NCBI RefSeq assembly: GCF_004010195.1
Contig: NC_057719.1
Coordinates: 45,876,782 to 45,940,781 of the forward strand
Direction: 5' to 3'
From: Chiloscyllium plagiosum
Lineage: Eukaryota
Length of the DNA stretch: 64,000 nt
Every line of letters starts with the position of its first letter. Within the stretch, counting starts at the first letter, position 1. This document shows positions 59,501 through 64,000 of this stretch, in pieces. The position numbers were made by a program, and so were the translations under genes. The notes below the pieces were generated by a model, which was not told where the DNA came from, did not search any database, and worked only from the letters and a program-made list of their open reading frames with translations.

Positions 59501-62500
59501 TGAAGAGGTAATGAATTTTAAATGTCACAGATTCGAATTGGGCAAAAATGAGTGTTATCGATTACTCATGTTAGGAAGAATTCACAACTGTAATATCTTA
59601 CATAATTTTTTTTGCCGTTTAGGATTGGATATATCCAATGAGACGTGCGATGCAGGTAATCCAAGTGCTATTGTTTTACTGTTTGCAACACTGAGGCCTC
59701 TTTTATAGTTCATTCATTTTCTCATTGTATTAGTCATAGCATCATAGAATCCCTAGAGCAAAAGGAGGCCATTCAGTCCATTGAATCTTCACTGATACCC
59801 TGAAGAGCATTCCACGCAGACCTAGCTCCTTACCATATCCTGTAACTCCATATTTACTATGATTAATCCACCTAGCCTGAACACTACGGACAATTTCAGC
59901 ATGGCCAGTCAGCCTAATCAGCACATTTTTGGACTATATTGGAAATGGAGCACCTGGGAAACGTGCATAGAATGTGCAAACTCCATACAGACAATTGTCC
60001 AACGCTGAAATTGACTTGACAAAATCATTACTTATTATGATTATATTTCGCATTTTGTATGAAACAGCTAATAGCGAGTTTTGAGAAGATTTGTAGCTCA
60101 GGTTGAGATTTTAGATATAGGTTTGTGGGCGGCACGGTGGTACAGTGGTTAGCACTGCTGCCTCGCAGCGTCAGAGACCCGGGTTCAACTAATCTAATCT
60201 AAAAAAAAGGTTTGCTTGCTGAGCTGCAAGGTTCATTTCCAGATGTTTCGTTACCTTACTAAGCAACATATTCAGTGGGCCTCAGGTGAAGCAATGCTGA
60301 AAATTGCTGCTTTCTATTTATATGTTAGGGTTTCTTTGGGTTGATGATGTTATTTCCTGTGCTGAAGTCACTTCCTGTTCCTTTTTTCAGGGGCTGGTAG
60401 ATGGGGTCTAACTGGATGTGTGTGTTGATAGAGTTCTGATTGGAATGCCATGCCTCTAGGAATTCTCGTGCGTGTCTTTGTTTGGCTTGTCCTAGGATGG
60501 ATGAGTTGTCCCAGTCGAAGTGGTGTCCTTCCTCATCCGTATGTGAGGATACTAGTGAGAGAGGGTCATGTCTTTTTGTGGCTAGTTAGTGATCATGTGT
60601 CCTGGTGGCTAGTTTTCTGCCTGTTTGTCCAATGTAGTGTTTGTTACAGCCCTTGCATGGTATTTTGTAAATTACATTAGTTTTACTCATTATCTGTATA
60701 GGGTCTTTCAAATTCATTAGCTGTTGTTTTAGTGTGTTAGTGGGCTACCATGATACCAAGGGGTCTAAGTAGTCTAGCAGTCATTTCCAAGATGTCTTTG
60801 ATGTAGGGGAGAGTGGCTGGGTTTCTGGACATGTTTTGTCTGCAAAGACCCTATACAGATAATGAGCAAAACTAACACCATTTACAAAATATCGTGCAGG
60901 TCTGTAACAACACTACATTGGACAAACAGGCAGAAAACTAGCCACCAGGACACATGAACACCAATTAGCTACAAAAAGACATGACCATCTCTCACTAGTA
61001 TCCTCACATATGGATGAGGAAGGACACCACTTCAACTGGGACAACACATCCATCCTACGACAAGCCAAACAGAGACACGCACGAGAATTCCTAGAAGCAT
61101 GGTATTCCAAGCGGAACTGTATCAACAAACGCATCGAGTTAGACCCCCCCCCCAACTACTGCCCCTGAAAAAAGTAATAGGAAGTGACTTCTTCACTGGA
61201 AATAACATCACAGGGAGTGACATCACCAACCCAAAGAAACCCAAACATAGAAAGCAGGAATTTTCAGCATTGCTTCGCCTGAGGCCCATGAAGATGTTGC
61301 CTAGCAGGGTAACGAAATGTCTGGAAATGAACCTTGCAACTCAGTGAGCAAACCTACATCCTCAGCTAATAATAAATAGTTTTTTTTTGTGTCTTTCCCT
61401 TCATCTGTATTCTATTTTAAAAGTGTAACTGCCGAACTCATTCTGCACCTTTTCTTCAAAAGTGGCATTCTGCCTCAGGGCATCTGTTGGCTTACACGCC
61501 CAGCTCCATGGCTCTGCTATAGTAATGTTATGATGTGGAGGTGCCAGTGTTGGACTGGGGTGGAGAAAGTTAAAAATCACACAACACCAGGTTATAGTCC
61601 AACCAATTTATTTGGAAGCACTAGTTGTCGGAGCACTGCCACTTCGTCAGGCAGCTGTGGAGCAGGATCATAAGACACAATGTATAGAAAGATTACTGTC
61701 ATGCAACAGAAACAATATATTGAACAAACCGAGATTGCTGTAAATTAGAAACATCAGTGATAGATTAATTAACATGTTCCAGCTGCTGTTCTTCAACGTT
61801 TTATTTTGTGCTTTTATCCAATTCTTTTCACTGGTTTTTCTCTGGTTTGACAACACTTTTTACCTCTCCATATCCTTATTGCAGTTATCGCATTGTGACA
61901 TGGAGAGGAGCAGTTGTAGAGACATAGGTCGACCAAACTTCCATCCCCACAAAGATTGAGTGCATTCAAAACACTAAAATTAGAAAAATAAATTTGCTCT
62001 TGTCCTATTTGGATCATGTGGGGCATGAAAGCTGGCATAGATGTGCTGAGCTGAATGGCGCTGTTAATGAAGAGTGCCCTTGGGAATTGTAGTCCCCACT
62101 GTCAGGGTTGGAATGCAGATATCTGCAAAAATCTGGGCTGGGGAGGGAGTGGGAGAAGAGGATTGTGCATGTTGTGTAAATTAGGTATCATGTGTTAAGT
62201 TAAATCTTTACTATTTATAATTATGTAATTAGACAGCCATCACAAGTGTAATTTTCTTTTTGCATGTGATTGGATAGCTGCAGCATAAAGTTTTGGTATA
62301 TTCTAATTTTGAGTTCTTTGTAGTAGAATGCAGCTAAGTAGAAAAGTCCTGTGAATTTAGAAATAGAAAATGGAACTAATTTATAAACAATTGGAAAAGA
62401 ACAAAATGCAAACTGCAAACATATTTTCAATGAACAAGCAATAAATTAACATGGTATTAAACAGACAAAACAGCAGGTACAAAATTTAAAGACATTTCAG

Positions 62501-62722
62501 ATGCTTATTAGAAAAAAATTCTTATAATGCAGAAATAGAGGAAAACATTATTACACTCTACTTTTGAAAACTCGGTTTTATTTTGACTTTTTATTATAGA
62601 ACATAGTTATCATTGGTAATGTGCTTTTTCATTTTATCCAGTTGACTAACAACCTTTTTTGTTCATAGGAGATACTACCTGGCTTGTATTTGGGGCCATA
62701 TTCTGCTGCTATGAAAAGTAAG
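56278..62722 (+). CDS. STYX: Serine/threonine/tyrosine-interacting pseudophosphatase, coding exons 1-3; continues beyond the right edge
   Basis: Exons 56278-56334, 59623-59655 and 62669-62722 give MDGVHLEFPALPSSREDAG DWIYPMRRAMQ EILPGLYLGPYSAAMKSK versus human MEDVKLEFPSLPQCKEDAE EWTYPMRREMQ EILPGLFLGPYSSAMKSK; syntenic after PSMC6. Confidence 0.95.
59623..59655 (+). CDS. STYX: STYX coding exon 2
   Basis: 33 nt, DWIYPMRRAMQ, TTTAG/GTAAT. Confidence 0.93.
59735..60015 (-). mobile_element. Older diverged V-SINE
   Basis: AATGTGCAAACTCCATACAGAC core and CR1-like tail. Confidence 0.7.
60074..61362. mobile_element. Penelope-like element (second family), fold-back structure
   Basis: YIGQTGRKLATRTHEHQL GIY-YIG on + strand at ~60915, mirrored on - strand; TSD CAGCTAATA at 60065 and 61363. 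Confidence 0.85.
60126..60207 (+). mobile_element. Internally deleted SINE (tRNA head plus tail only)
   Basis: TSD AGGTTTG at 60119 and 60208. Confidence 0.8.
61536..61760 (-). mobile_element. Penelope-type terminus, same family as 293-416
   Basis: Reverse complement of 331-416, including a degenerate hammerhead at ~61618-61653. Confidence 0.7.
62669..62722 (+). CDS. STYX: STYX coding exon 3
   Basis: 54 nt, EILPGLYLGPYSAAMKSK, CATAG/GTATGA. Confidence 0.95.
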
Positions 62723-62867
62723 GTATGAGCTTTAAGAAATAAAACAAGACTGTTCTCAGTGAAGCGAAATCTATGCTACATCTGCATTTAAAAAAAAAAG
62801 TTTTACTGTTCCCTTTGCTGGTAGCACAATTCATTTCCTCAACTCTGTGTATTGGAAAATCAAATCA

Positions 62868-63035
62868 GACAAAGTGAAAAATCACACAAAACCAGGTTAT
62901 AGTCCAACAGATTTGGAAGTACTAGCTTTTGAAGCGCTGCTTTGAAAGCTATACTTCCAAATAAACCTGCTGTACTATAACTTGGTGTTGTGATTTTTAA
63001 ATTTTGTCCACCTCAGTCCAACACGGGCACCTCCA
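62868..63035. mobile_element. Fold-back mini-element (third terminus family)
   Basis: Inverted arms centred near 62937; same family as 293-416 and 61536-61760. Confidence 0.75.
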
Positions 63036-63244
63036 GAACATGAATTGGCAGTGTAACGATGATGACAATGAGCATCTTTGTTTTTAAACCAGAATGTCCT
63101 GACTCCAAACATGGGCCAATTGGGAATTACAAGATTTCACAAGTACAGTTCACGTAGTATGAAAGTCCAAACGATCAGCAATGCTGATAATGAACATGTA
63201 TGTCGAATAGAAGGATGAGCTTAAGCATCTGAGATTCTTTTGTA

Positions 63245-63877
63245 GGAATTATTGAATGTATCTCGTGAGAGGAAGGAGATTTTACCTCGATTATCCAAAG
63301 GGGATCTCATGGTCCTGATGGAAACATTATATCAAAAAACTGTTTCAACTCTGATAGCGTCTTTTGTTTACAGGTACAATGCTTAAAAATGAACTTGGCT
63401 CACTGAAATGGTGCCGAGAACAGTCGTGGACAGTTTAGGCACCGGCTCCAAAAGACTGACCATCTACTGCCACACCACCCCCCACACCCTCCCCTCCAAA
63501 CTTTCCCTGGAGTTCTACACAGGGGTCAACCCTAAACCTTCCTTCTCCAGATAATCTCTCCAACATTGTCCTGTACAGGGCAGAGGTGGAACCTGTCAAA
63601 AAGTTTGTGCGTGTGTGTTTGGAGACTTACCCCACAACAGCGGCAGCAATCTTATTGTTGGTGTACAGTCCAGTTGCCCTGGCAGGAGTTGGGGGGGAGT
63701 GGGCAGGCGATGGGGTGGGGGGGGTCTCATGCGCAGTGTGCTTTTGCCTAGTTTCCTGAACGGGGAGCACACTTCACAGAAAACTCCAAGCCCCAGAGGA
63801 AATCAATTAACCGAATAATCAGTTATCTGCACGAAATAGTGCCTGCCCGTCTCGTTCGGATAATCGAGGTTCCTCTG
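63245..63877. mobile_element. Longer element of the same Tigger-like family, left TIR unclear
   Basis: Right end GGATAATCGAGGTTCCTCTG|TA; internal CCTCGATTATCC. Confidence 0.65.
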
Positions 63878-64000
63878 TACTTAGACAGTAATTTTGAAGA
63901 TTATTCTGAAATAAGTCCCTACTAGCTTCTGATGCATGAGATTAATGTTTATTCCTGTGATAAATGAAATTTCTGCTGCTAAAGGAATTGACACACTTTT

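Overview
Vertebrate genomic DNA, most likely from a shark (inferred from HE1/V-SINE-type SINEs, abundant CR1/HER1-type LINEs and Penelope-like elements). It holds three spliced genes in the order known from human 14q22: the first six coding exons of ERO1A (minus strand, running off the left edge), a complete 14-exon PSMC6 (1170 nt CDS, 389 aa) and the first three coding exons of STYX (running off the right edge). Nearly all ORF-track entries are repeat debris. Highlights: (1) about a dozen minimal hammerhead ribozyme motifs, many degenerate, sit in Penelope-like termini of several families, with covarying stems; they include TSD-flanked mini-elements and fold-back elements that invert at the ribozyme; (2) PSMC6 intron 10 holds a decayed Gmr1-type Gypsy element with integrase before RT and a tRNA-Pro-like PBS; (3) ERO1A shows an apparent cysteine relocation at its N-terminus. 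One 819-nt assembly gap. Repeat boundaries were read by eye and are approximate, and human comparisons are from memory.
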